Shown: piece after piece, positions 12,453 through 26,966 of the stretch
Layout of the letters: each line of letters begins with the position of its first letter
Position numbering within the stretch: position 1 is the first letter of the stretch
Assembly: GCA_023231475.1 (NCBI GenBank)
Contig: JALJEE010002086.1
Coordinates: 1-64,000, forward strand
Direction: 5' to 3'
From: Seison nebaliae
Lineage: Eukaryota
Length of the DNA: 64,000 bases
Position numbers and translations under genes: made by a program
Notes under the pieces: generated by a model
Told to the model about the DNA's origin: nothing
Seen by the model: the letters and a program-made list of their open reading frames with translations, nothing else
The model's database searches: none

Positions 12453-14269
12453 ATACTCTTCTTCTCCCAATCTTCCAATCTCTGATATCACATCTATTTC
12501 TTTGAACTTATTCAAACGAATGACCGTTATATAAATAAACATATCAATAATATTCAATAAATATATATTTTATTTGAAGAATATTCAATCATGAAATTTA
12601 TGAGGAGAATAAGAGAAATAATTATCATCGTTTCTGTTCATGAATGAATCATTCCAATTCATTTCATACGATGTGAAGTGGAAGATAGCACTCTTAAAAG
12701 TTGAGAGTTACTTTGAAGAGAATTCTAATTTACAATCCATTACAATTCACTGAAATGAGTCTATACAAATCAGAAACTTCATAAAATTGATGAAATATTG
12801 GATTTGTTTGTTCGTTGGAAAGGAATGAGGAAATGGAGTGACGATTCTGAGAGAATAAAAAGAGAAATTTCGTCAACTCTTTAACTGACTTTTTTTCTTC
12901 CGTCGAAAGATATTCGATCAGTTTATTTATTTCATTATCTCATTGTGAGAAATGTTTGGGAAGTTTTCTCATTCTCTTTTTCTTGTGCTTTTCCCGTTTG
13001 AAAGGTTCAGTTCTATAGCCATATGAAATAGATTAGCACCATATCGATCATGATGCTCTTATAAATCTATCTGATAAAAGAACGACAAAGGGAAATCTCA
13101 ATCTGACATTCTATCTCCATTATCTGCTCTCTTCCTGGAAATCAAATATTCCGATTAACTATTTGTCTTCATTCATATAATTCGAAGAAATATGATGTTA
13201 AACGATTTGGAATGAAGCGGAAATATAATGTAACGATAGAATCATTATGTAATCATTATCTTGATTAATTTGCATTTATAATTCATCCTAAATTTTCGAC
13301 TCTTCAATGTCACAGTGAATGATGTTATGAAATTTCCATGTGATGATCTTCATCGGTCTATCATTTCATTTTTTAATTTAATCCTCTGACAAAGTTCACT
13401 GGATGAAAGTGAGTTTTAACCAATTTATGATACTAGTATCAATAATGAAATGACCTATTTCTTCCTTATCATTCTTTATCAATAAAATGATAACTGACAT
13501 ATAATATCAGACAATTTTCAATTAGTTTGAAAGATTAGTTTTCCTCTTCCCTTCTTTTATTTCTATAGAAATTGATGCAAACATTGAGATTGATACAAAG
13601 ATAAATGTTGGGGAAACTATTATCAATCTGCTTTTAGATTTACTTGGTGAATTTATTTTATTATTTCGGAAACATTTTGATAAGTACATATGAAGCATTT
13701 TTGACATATAGTCTTTATTTAAATATAAATAGGAAGATAGGAAATAGATACGAGAAGAAACAACGTTACGAAGAAGTATAGAAAAGAAGAATCATAGATA
13801 CAATTATGTCTTGTCAATCTACTGACGTCAGTAAGGATCTATGGTCTGGTAACTGCTTTTATAGTCACTCCCCAAACGCTTCGACCTCGATGTTTACGTA
13901 AGTTCATGTAAATAAGTCATTTCCCGATTGACATCTGAGCGATTGTTAATCGGGAAATCTTAATCGGTTGTGCTTCGTCGCATTTGGGTTTGTTTCGAAA
14001 TGTAAAATGAAAATAATAAAAACTCGTTAAAAATAATACTAATCAAAAGTAGTTATTTATTGGCATTTTAATTTTTTGCAGAATAGTTCAATTAGTGTGT
14101 ATATTAGTGGAAAACTCATAAATTACAAAACAATGAAATAATGATAGGATATGAGATTTCTGTATAAGTTTTCACTTCATTAGTTAGAATGTTCTCTTTA
14201 TGATACAAGATGTCACTCACAAATATCGTTACGTCACGGTAATTGAAGAAAACAAGAGAACTAACCTCG

Positions 14270-14735
14270 ACCGATTTGAAAATGAAAAACCTTCCTGAAA
14301 AAATGGTGGAGTTAATGAAACGTCGGTGGGACGATGTCGAGATGATAAATCAAATCCGGCGGTTGGCTTAATATAAATCGACAAGATCCAATAGACGGTA
14401 TTTCAAATTCGGAAGGTGACCGAGACACTCGGACCAAAAGTAATGAGGAAGAAAAACGTTTTGTTGGGATCGGCACCAATCCTCCCTCAGATAACCGAGT
14501 ATTTGCGTAGTGCATATACTAATCAAAATGAAATTAATTATAAAATTAATCAATTTGAACAAGCTCAGAAGGGAAAGAAGATGATTCACGAGTCATACTT
14601 ACAGGAATTGGTCTGATTGGCAAAAGAACTGTGGGAATCTGGAGACAATCTGGAGACGACCCCCGAAGCGTTCGCGAAGAAGAAATTTTTCCAAAAAATA
14701 TCAGAAAACGCTCTCAAAGACCGATTAGATTAGAC
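14270..14735 (+). mobile_element. Possible degenerate retrotransposon gag remnant
   Basis: Stop-interrupted frame KINQFEQAQKGKKMIHESYLQELV*LAKELW resembles the Ty3/gypsy gag Q..ES..Y...L..LA pattern. No pol or paired LTRs found. Confidence 0.3.
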
Positions 14736-15167
14736 AGACGGAACTAACTTTAATTCACCATTAATCTCCATCATCCATAGCGTTCAGAATTATCAACGTC
14801 ATGGGACAATTTGAGAGGGAAAAATAATCCGAATTTGTCCAAATTAATTTAGAATATTTGTGTCGAAATTTGATAATTCCCCAATTGGAAAATTGTTGTT
14901 TCATTTTAGTTATTTATGAAATTTAATTTTTCCAATATTTAATTAAATGAAGAACTGATAAGGAATAATCAAATTTTATCAATCAAAAATAAAGATTTAT
15001 TTAAAAAAATCTTAAAAGGAATTGAATTTCCATTGACGTTCTGTTCTTTCTTCTCTTCGAATATACCGTAACAATTCCATCCATTATTCTCCATTCTCCA
15101 CCACTTTACCGAAAATCGTTAACTAGTTTCCATTCTCCAAAATAAAACTAGGAAGAATTGTTGCGAG

Positions 15168-16360
15168 TTAAGAAATCGAATGAAACGGACAAAGGAAATT
15201 GGGAGGCAGAACTGGATACTGACAAAATTCTCGTTCGTTGATATGAGAAGGAGACGAACAACGTTGTAATGAATATATTCGATTCGATTGTCTCACACTG
15301 CGAAATAGATGAGCGAAGCATGTGTCGAAATCGGGAAGGGCGAAATAAGGACAACGATCATCAGTTCGAATAGTTGTCTCTAATAATTCATCCATACTGA
15401 ATTCATGTGGTCGGTAAATGTATTTGCATTGACATTTACTCGTATTCTTATTCGTCATTCTATCTTTCCGTCTTCCATATCTTCCGATCGATTCCTGCGA
15501 TTCACATAATTCACCAATTGGCCGCCAATCGCTGACGATGGTGATCCGTTTGAGTCGACGGAGATGTTGTTTGTATTGAGAGGATGGCATGAAATCCATT
15601 TTCTTAATGAATTGTTGTAATTGAGAGCGGACGGTATCAGATTGATACGCATCTTTCCGAATTTGATCAAGTAATTTGACGGTATTGATTTCGATGTCGA
15701 GGAGAATTGATTGATATCGATAGACGAAGAGAAGTAATTGTTTCCCCATCAATTGATATTCACTTTCACTTAAATTACATTCGAATGCACTCAAATTCGA
15801 ATCGATAAATAATTTATCTGGTTCTGGTATAGAGGGATCGATAGAACGATGGAATAATCCGTCAAGAATCATTTTCAATTTTCGTTCTTCGTTTTTCTCG
15901 ATGATATCGTTCGCACAAATACCTGTTCGATTGGCAGGACAAGTGAAAGGTAAATGTGCATTCTCATTCTCATCTCGTTCACCTTCCTCAGCCAAACGGA
16001 TTCTCTCATGCTCCTCTTTTAATTCAGCTAATCGTTCTTCCTTCATTTTGGTGAGAACTTCGTCGCTGAATATTCCTCTTAGAAGTGCCACGTTGAATTT
16101 ATTCCGATTTCCTTCCTTCTTTCCATATCCTTTATTCGCATATGAATACAATGTGGACATACTGTGCAAACTCTCGAACTTTCGACATTTCGTCGTTATC
16201 GGCATCCTCTCCTTCCGATTAAATACACAAATGTCGAATTGACGAACATCTTCTTTCAATTCTAAAAATGATGAAATAAAATTTGAAAAAGAAAGAAGAA
16301 ACAAATTGAACTTGAGAGAGGTAAATTAATAATTGAAGAATGTCTCCACGTATCATCCAT
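15168..16360 (-). CDS. zf-C3Hc3H domain protein, KANSL2/INO80D-like (~380 aa), 2 exons
   Basis: ATG 16360, intron 16262-16311 (GTTCAA..TAG). C-terminal C..RCPYFALPDFDTCFAH..C..CQYPV..CPFH matches the double C3H pattern of the KANSL2 C-terminus. Confidence 0.6.
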
Positions 16361-16862
16361 GTCGTTGAATGGGAAACAAAAAATAATTCGACGATTGAAA
16401 ATTAAAAAAAAAAAAAGGATGGAAAAGAAAAAGAAATTTTGGAAGGAAAAAAATTTAAAAATAAAATAAAAAAAATTAAACTAAAAATTTGAAAAATGTT
16501 CATTTAGAGAAAGATGATAAAATGAAGTGAATCTGAACAATCCATGTCAAGTATGACATCCACAAACGAAACGAAAAACATATGAGCTGTGGAAAATTCC
16601 GTTAAAATTCGAAGAAGGAATTTTATGTGTGAAAAAAGTCTTTGAAGAATTGTCGTCCATCCTGAATTATTTTTAAGAGAGGAAAATACAAATAAGTAAT
16701 TTATTCGATTGTTGAGTGAATTAGATGAGTGAGAGATATTTGTAGGAATTAATGTTTTAGCTCGTTGAGAGTAGATAAAATGAAATAATTTTTTTTTCAA
16801 TTTTCCTCATCAAACAATTTTCTGTTAACAGGTTTCTTACTAATATTCTATGAAAGTGGCGG
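16361..16862. promoter_or_regulatory. Putative bidirectional promoter/5' UTR region between the KANSL2-like and TAF3-like genes
   Basis: Divergent start codons ~500 bp apart, with A-rich tracts. Inferred from gene arrangement only. Confidence 0.4.
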
Positions 16863-19728
16863 ATGGTGAGACTTGTGAAGAAGTTTGAAAAACGTAGAGG
16901 TGATCGTCGTCGAGCGGGACAACGTCGTCGGACACATCGACATCGAACACATTTCAATGATTTGTTCATTCCTGTTGATACATTCGGAATCGATGATGAA
17001 CTTACGAAATTTGTGGTGGATACAGCAGATGCGACACCATTCTCACATATATCAGAAGGAGCAGTGGCAGCTATTCGAGAATCAACAAATGATTTCTTGA
17101 AGAATATTTTTATGGAAATGGAATGTTTTCTTTCCAGCAATCTTGACAAATTAAATAATGTTGATTTAAAGGATGTGGAATTCCTTTTCAAGAAACCAAA
17201 AGATCGACCATTTGGTAACGATGCTGATGATCGAATGCCATTCCAACCGGAGAATATGACGAAAATAAATAAGAATGATCTTCCTCAAGAAATTGTGGAA
17301 TGTTCCAGTTATGATGTCATGCTATCAAATGTGAAGACGATGAAGGTGTTGGAGAAAGAATATGAGGAGGATAGAGAGACAATTATTGAGAAGTATTCTG
17401 ATAACAACATAAATCAATTGGCGATCGAATATGAAATGAAAGATATGGTCAGATCGAGTGATGGTCTTCAAATGATGAGAGTGAATGATGAAAAAGACGA
17501 AATGAATGATGAAGAGAATTTGATTTTGAATGAACTTATGAAAATTAATCAAAATATCGATATGTCGTTGGATGTGGAAGAAGAGATGAAGAATGAAAAT
17601 GATCAAATGTTCGCCAGTCTCCTTCAAGTGATCACTAAACGAATTCGTATGAAAGATTTATGGAAATATCTCCATTATGAATCGTCAGGAGTCTTCCCAC
17701 AAACTCCTTTTCGAATCGATACGAAATTTCGCAATAAGTTAATGGCAGACATTCGTAACACAAGTGAAATGTTCGATGATAATATAAATTTCGATCATTT
17801 TTATGGGAAACAACCGAAATTGACTTTTCCTTTCGTTCTCGATTGTGAGGGGAGTAAATCGCCACCTATCCCAATTCCAGAATCGGATGATGAAGAATCA
17901 GAAAATATTCTCCTCAACTCTTACAATAATGTCCAACGGTTATTGAGGAGTGCGCAACCGCCTGATGGATATGATGATGAACTAAATGGACTTCTCTTAT
18001 GTCTCGACGATGTTGAAGACGATGAACCGATGAATAACAATGATGATGATGACGAAGAAGAAGAAGAAGAAGAAGAATATGATGATAATTTGACAGAGAA
18101 TGTGGACGAAGGAGTGAAAGAAATTGAGACTGAATCGGAAATCGAATCAGAATTTGATGAGGAAGAAAGGATAACTGATGACGAACGACTCACTGAAAAT
18201 GATCACATTTTCTCCGAAAGTGATTCAGACGATGAATTCTTGAGAGATGACGAACCGTTTTATGTCCATAGGATGAATGATGGACATGATATGATGACGA
18301 CATTATCTTATTCGGAAGATGAAGATGATGAAATTGACGATGAAGATGATGAAGATTATGAAGAAATTTATGATGAGGATGTTCAAATGATTCTTAGAGA
18401 AAATGTTGATGTTGATGTTGATGATGATGATGATAATACCGACGATGAAGATGATGACGAAGAGGAGGAAGATGATACTGATGATGATAGTGATAGTGAT
18501 GACGAATTGGTGAATTTGTTAACATTAGTCGATTCGAATGATGAAGAAGAAATGGAGGTAATGGAGACGGCAAAAAAAATATCGACAGATAGTGATAATG
18601 AATCACTTGTTTCTTTGAATTCTTCATTAGAATGTTCTGCATCATCGAGTAGTGATGAAAGTGAAGAAGAGACTTCAGATTCATCAGATTCAACAGATTC
18701 ATCAGATTCATCAGAAGAAGAATTGGAGGAGATGGAGGAATCGTTCCAGAAAGATTGGTGTCGTGATAAATCGATTTGTGGACTGTCTATCTCATCTTCT
18801 ATATCAAATAATAATGAAAATGAAATCAAGACGGATGACCTCTTCGTACCATTTCAACAACAAGTCAAGGATATGAGTTATCATTTGGACACACCTCCAA
18901 TTGATTCGATGATCGATAACGGAAAAGAATTATCAGGTGAAATGAGAGATAAATTTATTAAGAAGTTCAAACTTTTGACCAATGAGAATATGTTGAATAA
19001 GACGACGAAGGAAGTTGATGAGAATTTTACTCATCTTGAAGAAGACGATTCGGGAAAAGATGATATTTCCATGGAAAATGAATTGACTTCATTCGATTAT
19101 CTAGAACAGTTCATGAAAGATGATGATATTGATGAATTTTCCGATTTGTTCTTATCTGAAGAAGATGATATGTCAGAAGAGGATACTAGTGACGATGAAT
19201 CAATGGAAAAAGATGATGAAGAAGAATTATCTGAAGAAGAAACAACTGACGAAGAAGTAGAAGATGAAAATGACTGGGAATTAGAAGAGGAAAATGAATT
19301 GACAGAAGGAAATGATTTGGAATTAAAAGATGAAAATCAATTGGAATTAAAAGATGGAAATGAATTAGAATTAGAAGAAAGAAATGAAATGAAAGAAATA
19401 GATGGAAATGAATTGGAATTAGAAGATGAAAATGAATCAGAAGAAGATGATGAAAGTGACTCAGAAGAAGAAGATGAAAATGAATCAGAAGAAGAAGAAG
19501 AAAATGAATCAGAAGAGGAAGAAGAAGATGATGAAAGTGAATCAGAAGAAGAAGATGAAAATGACTTGGAATTAGATGATGGAAATGACTTGGAATTAGA
19601 TGATGGAAATGAATTAGAATTAGAAAATGCAAATGAATTACAATTGGACGATGGAAATGAATTACAATTAGAAAATCAAAATGAAATAGAAGAAGACGAT
19701 GAAGATGAAGAGGATTCGAGTGATGAAG

Positions 19729-19759
<31 letters not shown>

Positions 19760-22700
19760 AAATGACGAAGAAGAAGATGAATCGAATGAATCTGATATTT
19801 CATTAGATTTCGGAGAAATATCTGATGACATGAGTTGTGAAGAGATTGAAGAAGTTGAAGAATTAGATGATGATAAATATGGAATGAAGATGTTGATTGA
19901 GAATGGAAATGAATTAATGAAATCATTCCGTATGTCGTGGATGTTGGTTGATGAGGAGATGTGGGAAGAAGAAGAAGAAGAAGAAGAAGAAGAAGAAGAA
20001 GAATTCATCAATATTGAAAATGATGAAATTGAAGGAATATTAAAAATAATGACCAGTGAAGATGTCACAACGGATTTGATGAAGTTGATGCATTTCTTCC
20101 AGATTGATTCGTCCAATCAATTGTTGATAGAAGAGAAGAAAGTGAAAGATGAAGAGGAAGAATTAGAAGATTTGATGAGAATTTATGATTCAGTCGAGTA
20201 CACTCAACCAGAATCGATTGAAAATATTTTGGATCGACTCATCATCGTCAAACAATCGAATGATTCACTTCTCTCCAATATCTGTGAATTGAATGAGAAT
20301 CAACCGGTGATGTCAGTACCGATGGGTGGATATTTCTTCGAAGAGAAAAACATCATTTATGATCATATCGAAGGTGATGAAAAAAAGATTAGTCGATTCG
20401 CATTCGATCTTAATAAGAATCGTGAATATTATGCAAATGATCGTCAATATGAGAGAGAACAAATCGAAATGAGACGAAGACTAACAAAAGAGATGATTAA
20501 TGAAGTTCGATTATCAAAAAAGAAGCGAAAAATTATTCCAATGAGTAAAGTGATCGCAGGCGTCGAATATGATTTGATGATGGAAGAAAGGAAGAAATTC
20601 CATTTCGATTTGGATGTGATGGATGAAGAAGAGAATAATTTGAAAGAAATTAAATTTCCTGAAAAACCAAATTTTGATCGTGAGAGATTAGATGGAAAAT
20701 TCGCTCAACGTATCTGTCGAACGATGAGAGCGAATATTGGATTAGATCGTGTGAGAAATGATTTGTTATTGATCGATGAAATGAAACGACGTCATCATCT
20801 TCCACCAATCGAAATTGTCAATCCCGTTCGACCGAAATATGCTCGACATAGTAAATGTCGTAAACAACAATTACAATATGCGAATCATCGATTGAAATTA
20901 TCGGCGAGTATTGAGAATGCAGCAGCAACGGCATTCGCTTTAAATGATTGTGGACCATCGAAGAAATTACTCAATATGATAATTAGACGAGATGAGATGG
21001 ATGATGAAGAGGAACGATGGTTCCAAGAACTCAATTCGAAGATTGTTCATTCGAATATTATTCCTGCATCTCTTGCAAATAAATTGGATAGACCGGGTGG
21101 AGTTGAGAATGATGATTTGAGACGATATGTCGTTGGTGGTTATAACAACCAGGAACAACTTTTGAAAGATGAAGCAAAATGGATTGCTAATGAAGTGAGG
21201 AAACGAGCTCATCGTCAAGAAATGGCGGCGAGAGAACTTCATTCGAAAATGAAAAATAGAAGGAAAAATAGAGTGAAAATTGAGAATGATGGAAAAATAA
21301 TAAATTCAACATTTGATCAGATATCAATGGTGACGACTTGTGAAATGAAAATGGAACAGATTCAATCGAATAATGAAGAGATGAAAGTGGAAGGTCCATT
21401 TATCGGTCCGATGAATAAACAATTTGAAATCGATAAAAATTTGATGGGAAATGAGAACCGATTAGATGGTGGTCAGACTTCCATTGAAGGATTAGTAAAT
21501 CATCAAATGTTGTTAGATGGAAAGGAAACGATTCAACTCGATTCCAGTTTAGAAGTGATCGATGTAGAGAATGATTATGTGAATACAAATAATGATATGG
21601 ATAATTTTCTCTCCTTCGCACAACAACAACAACAACAACAACAACAACATCCTCAACTAATGATGGATAGTAATTCGATGATGTCGAATGATAATTATCA
21701 AACGATGTATTCAAATGAAACAAACAATTTATATGGAAATGATATAACTGATAATTCGATGATGATGAATAACGATTCGATGGATATACCACTATTACCA
21801 TTCTGTCCATCTATGAATAATATTGATAATGGAATCAATCTTAATATGTTTCCTCCAATTCAACTCAATAATTCGAATGGAGACAACTTCTCCCAAATTC
21901 CTATGACAAATTCGAATGAAGATAACTTCTCTCAAATTCCGATGATAAATTCCGATGAACAAGATTTCTCCCAAATTCCTATGACAAATTCGAACGGACA
22001 AGATTTCTCCCAAATTCCTATAGTAAATTCAAATGGAGATAATTTTTCTCAAATTCCTATGGTAAATTCAAATGGAAATAATTTTTCTCAAATTCATATG
22101 GTAAATTCAAATGGACAAGATTTCTCTCAAATACCTATTAGAAATTCAAATGGAGATAACTTTCATCAGATTCCAATAACTAATTCGAATGAAGAGAATT
22201 TCCATCAGATTCCAATCCAACATTCCACCAATTCGAATGGTGAAAACTTTCATCAAATTCCATTGACAAATTCGAATGGAGAGAATTTCTCTCAAATTCC
22301 AATAAATAATTCGAATGATGATTTGGGATGGGTGGAGAATTATGATGAAGATCCAATTCCACCATTCTCTTACAATGGTCCAATGAATTTGAATTTTAAT
22401 AATAACAATAGTAATTATCAGGAGGATGGAATGAATGAATTGATTACGGATGCGGTTGATGATAATGAGAATTGTGGAATGTTTAATAATGATCAGAGAT
22501 TGATAGATGATTTATCATCAACAGAAGAGAAGGAAGATAATGAAGATGATGTAATAGATTTGGAGTTGAATGTGAATAATTCTAGAGAATCGCCCATTCC
22601 ATATAATCCACCATTCAATAATGTATATGAATCTAATTTGAATCGATCATATCCAACCTTCCCCAAAACTGATGAAACGAATGTTGATGATGATAATATC

Positions 22701-25700
22701 GATGATGAGGATATAATCGATATCGATCCATCTACAATAACTACAATAACTACATCATCAATAACAACAACAACAACAACGACAACGACTACATTGTTAA
22801 CAAAGAAGAATGAGGAGGAGGAGGAGGAGGAAGATGAGGAGGAAGAAGAAGAAGAAGAAAATGAAATAATTAATACTCATGAGAATGATGATGAAGATAA
22901 AGAGATGTTATTACCTCCACAAATAGCGACAGTTAATTCAGAATTTATTATTCTTCCAACACAAGCTGATGAACTGAATGAACAATTCACTACGAAAAAG
23001 AAACCATCACAATTTATGAATCAGAAATTTCAACGACCAACATGTGAAGAAGAAAGAAATGATCCTGAAGATTGGGAACGTTATCTTCGTCATTGTAGAA
23101 ATCGTGCACGTCAATATATGGAACAACCGTCGACGGATATAAGAACTACAAACTTTTTTTTCCCAATTACCAATAAATTCGGATCGACTTCTATTCCTCC
23201 ACTACCTCAACCAGTGACAGATGGAAGTGAAGATGAGAACGATAAAAAGATTCCACCATTCCGATTGATGGAAGAGATGGTATTGAAAAAGAATGTGAAG
23301 AATCCGAATGATCCTCTACTCAATGATTATATTCATTTCTTGAAATGTCGAAGATGGAAAAAGAAGGAGAGAATGAATAAGAAAAAAGAAAGTATTTTCC
23401 GTAAACCGAAAAATGGAGATTTGAGAAAATTAATAAAGAAATTGGATAATAATGAACAAATCGAAAATTATGATGAGAATGATAGTGGTTCAATGATTCG
23501 AGATATGATGAATCAATTCTCTAATTTCAACTTTCAACAATTGTCTTATACTCAACAACTCACAATTGTTTATAATACTCAATTGATGCATGCGATTGCT
23601 ATGCGTAATACCGATCAATTGGAATCAATACCAGCTGAATATATTATGAATTTTTATGATCGGAAAAATTTGAAAGAACGAAATGACATTTATACAAATT
23701 GTGATGATGATTATGATGATATGGATGTCGATACTGATAAGAATGATATGGAACAATTGAATACGAACAACAACAACAACAACGAGATAAGTGGGAAGAA
23801 TGATATGATAATGAGTGATAATTCCATCATCGTTACTAGTACAAGTAATAGTGTTAATTTGATGAACGATATGTCGAAACGTCGAACGATAATTGAGGTA
23901 GACGAACATAAACAAATTGTTAATAATTCATCACCATCCAATGAGACAATTATTGGAGATCGAAAGAAATCCATTCAGAATAATATCACCAAACCGATGA
24001 AACAAGCGACATTTCTCGATTTGTCAAATGATGATTCGAATGAAGATTATGATTCGAATGACGAAGAAGATGATGGAGATGATCAGGATGATGATCAGAT
24101 GGAAGATGAAAACTATGACGCCATAATGGAAGATCAGTTACAAAATATGAATGATTCTGATATCGAATTACCGATATTAAGAAAAGAAGATGATGATGAT
24201 GACGACAGTGATAATGGAGGAGATTCAGATTCAAATTTCTCTTACGACAAAGGTGAACTGGACGAAGTTCTGGAATTGGATTTACACGTCTTCCATAATG
24301 ATAGTGATAATGACGACGACGACGATGATGATGATGATGACGAAGATGATGACGAAGATGATGATGATGATGATGACGATGATGATGATAATGATAATGA
24401 TAATTCAGATGAAACTGATGACACTTCGTCTAGTGATAGTGGAGAAGAAAGTTGGGGTGATGAAGAATTGGATGAAGAGGAAGAAATGGAAGAAATAGAA
24501 GAAGAAAAAGAAGAAGAAAAGAATAATTGGAAGAAGACTTTAAAAGAAGTTGATACATCAGATATCGCCAACATCTCAATCAGTAGCAGTGATGATGAGG
24601 AGAAGTTAAGTGATGACGATGAAAGAAAAAAAGATTCGAAGGTTGATAATGAAACTGAATTGACAGATTTGGAATTGGATCTTTCTGATTCAGACGATAA
24701 TACAAAATCGAATGATTTGTCAGCAGATTTGAGAAAATCGAATGATATGTCGTCACCACAGGCAAACGAAGAAATGGAGAAGGATGACAGTTGTTCATCA
24801 TCAGATGAATCGGATGAATTTGACGATTATTCCGAAGTTGATTCCAATCATTCCGTCCAACAAACTAAAAAGAATATTCTATTAACTTTCCAAATTCCGA
24901 AAAGGAAGAAATGTCTCGATGTCGAACCAGAACATCCGGTCGCTACTGGAAAGAAAATTTACGAGAAATATTGTCAATTGAAAGTGAGTCGATATGGAGA
25001 GAAGAAAAAGGAAGAAGTTAAATCGGAAAAGAAAGAATTGGATATTAGGAAGGAGATCTCCACTCTCCCCACAATCGACGATTTCAATCGAATGGGCAAA
25101 AAAAGATTTCGTGTCATGTCTCAATATTATCGTTCATTACTTTACATTTTCAACAATTCGGATAAGAATGAATTGTGCGCTTATCTGAAGGAATACTTCG
25201 AATCATTAGGAATGACAAAGGAAAAAATTGAGAAAGATAAAGAAGAAGATATCTCATCTGTTTGTCCATTAGGACGTGAACATTTGAGGAAAGTGATGGA
25301 TAATAAATTCGAATTGGCCGCATGGAAATTGAAAGAATTAGAACGATACTTAAATGGAACAGTTGGTGGGAAGAAAAAAGTGAAAAAAGAATTGGAAAAA
25401 GAATCAGGAGATCTCCAACAATCCATTGATCGATTCATTCGTCATGTTAAGAAGAAATTGGACGAATTAAAAGAACCGAAATCGAATACGGTCAAAAGAG
25501 CTAAAAGTACAACATCACTAACAAATAATGGACATCCATCCAATAATTTGACGAAACCATCAGTATCTGATATTGGATTGGTATCTCCAAACAAGAATAA
25601 ATTGGAACAAGTGATTGATAAACGACAATCAATAATTCCATTGACCAAATCTCCATTTGGAACGATTGTGAGTCGTTCGGAAAATAAAACGAAAAATTTA

Positions 25701-26896
25701 TCAACTACTACCATTCTCTCATCAACATCAACAATCACAACAACAACAACAACAACACAACCTATTATTAGTTCAATTCCAATTACATCGATCGATAGAA
25801 ATAATATATCATGCAAATCAGCTGATAGTATATCGATTCCAATTACCGTTTATTCACAAGCTATTCCATCACATCTTCCCATCACTACACCACGAAATAA
25901 TAAGACGATATTGACAGAAGGTAAAGATGAGAAGATGAATAGTTTGTCGACATCAACTCAAATCAAATCGTCGATTATTTCGAAATTGATAGATAAAGAT
26001 CATTCGAAATCAACGAATGAATGGAATAAAAGTTTAATTGGAAACAATGAAGGAAAGAAGAAATCGAATGAATCAATTGGATTGAATCGAACGAAATCTC
26101 TCAATTCTCGACAAAATTCTCCGAAAAATGAGAAGAAATCAAAAGTTTCCACATTAGAAACACAAATTCGAGATTCTCATCTTTCAACCACAACACCCCA
26201 ACAACAACAACAACAACAACAACAAGTGAAGCCGAAAAGTTTTGAGAATTTGCCAAAGAGTTTCGAGGAATTACTTAAAATATTTCCCTCAGTTATGGAA
26301 TCTGATCCGACAAAAGTGAAGGATATTTGGTCAGTCTTATTTCCAAAGGCCAATACGACAACTTCGTCATCGTTTGCGAAAATCATTCACTCAATGGTTC
26401 AATCGGCGTCTGGTTTATCTGTTCCGAAAGAGAAAGTCATCACAACGATGGCATCGACTACTGATGACATTGCTTCTAATTTTGTAGCGGCAATGGGATC
26501 AACTTCATCGTCGCCAGTCAAAATGGTGAAACGAAAGGACAGTCCGATCTCATCTCGAAATCGACATTTACTTCCTCCCACCAACTTGACAACGACATTA
26601 AGTGGAAAACAAGAGAATGTTCGTCGGAATAATACGAATTCGAATTTCAATAATAACCGATCGAATAGTAACACGTCATCGCCGAAGAAGATGAGAGTGA
26701 TGAAGAGATCTCCATCAGTAAGTGGTAAACGATCATCTATCTCCAATCTTTCAAGTCCTCAAGATATGACAGGTCCATCATCAACATCTTCTCTTCCTTC
26801 CACTGATCCTAAAATAGATAAAACTGATGATTCATATCAAACATTAATCAAATCATTAATTGATATAAATAAGAAATTGAAGAATGCAAATATTCC

Positions 26897-26966
<70 letters not shown>

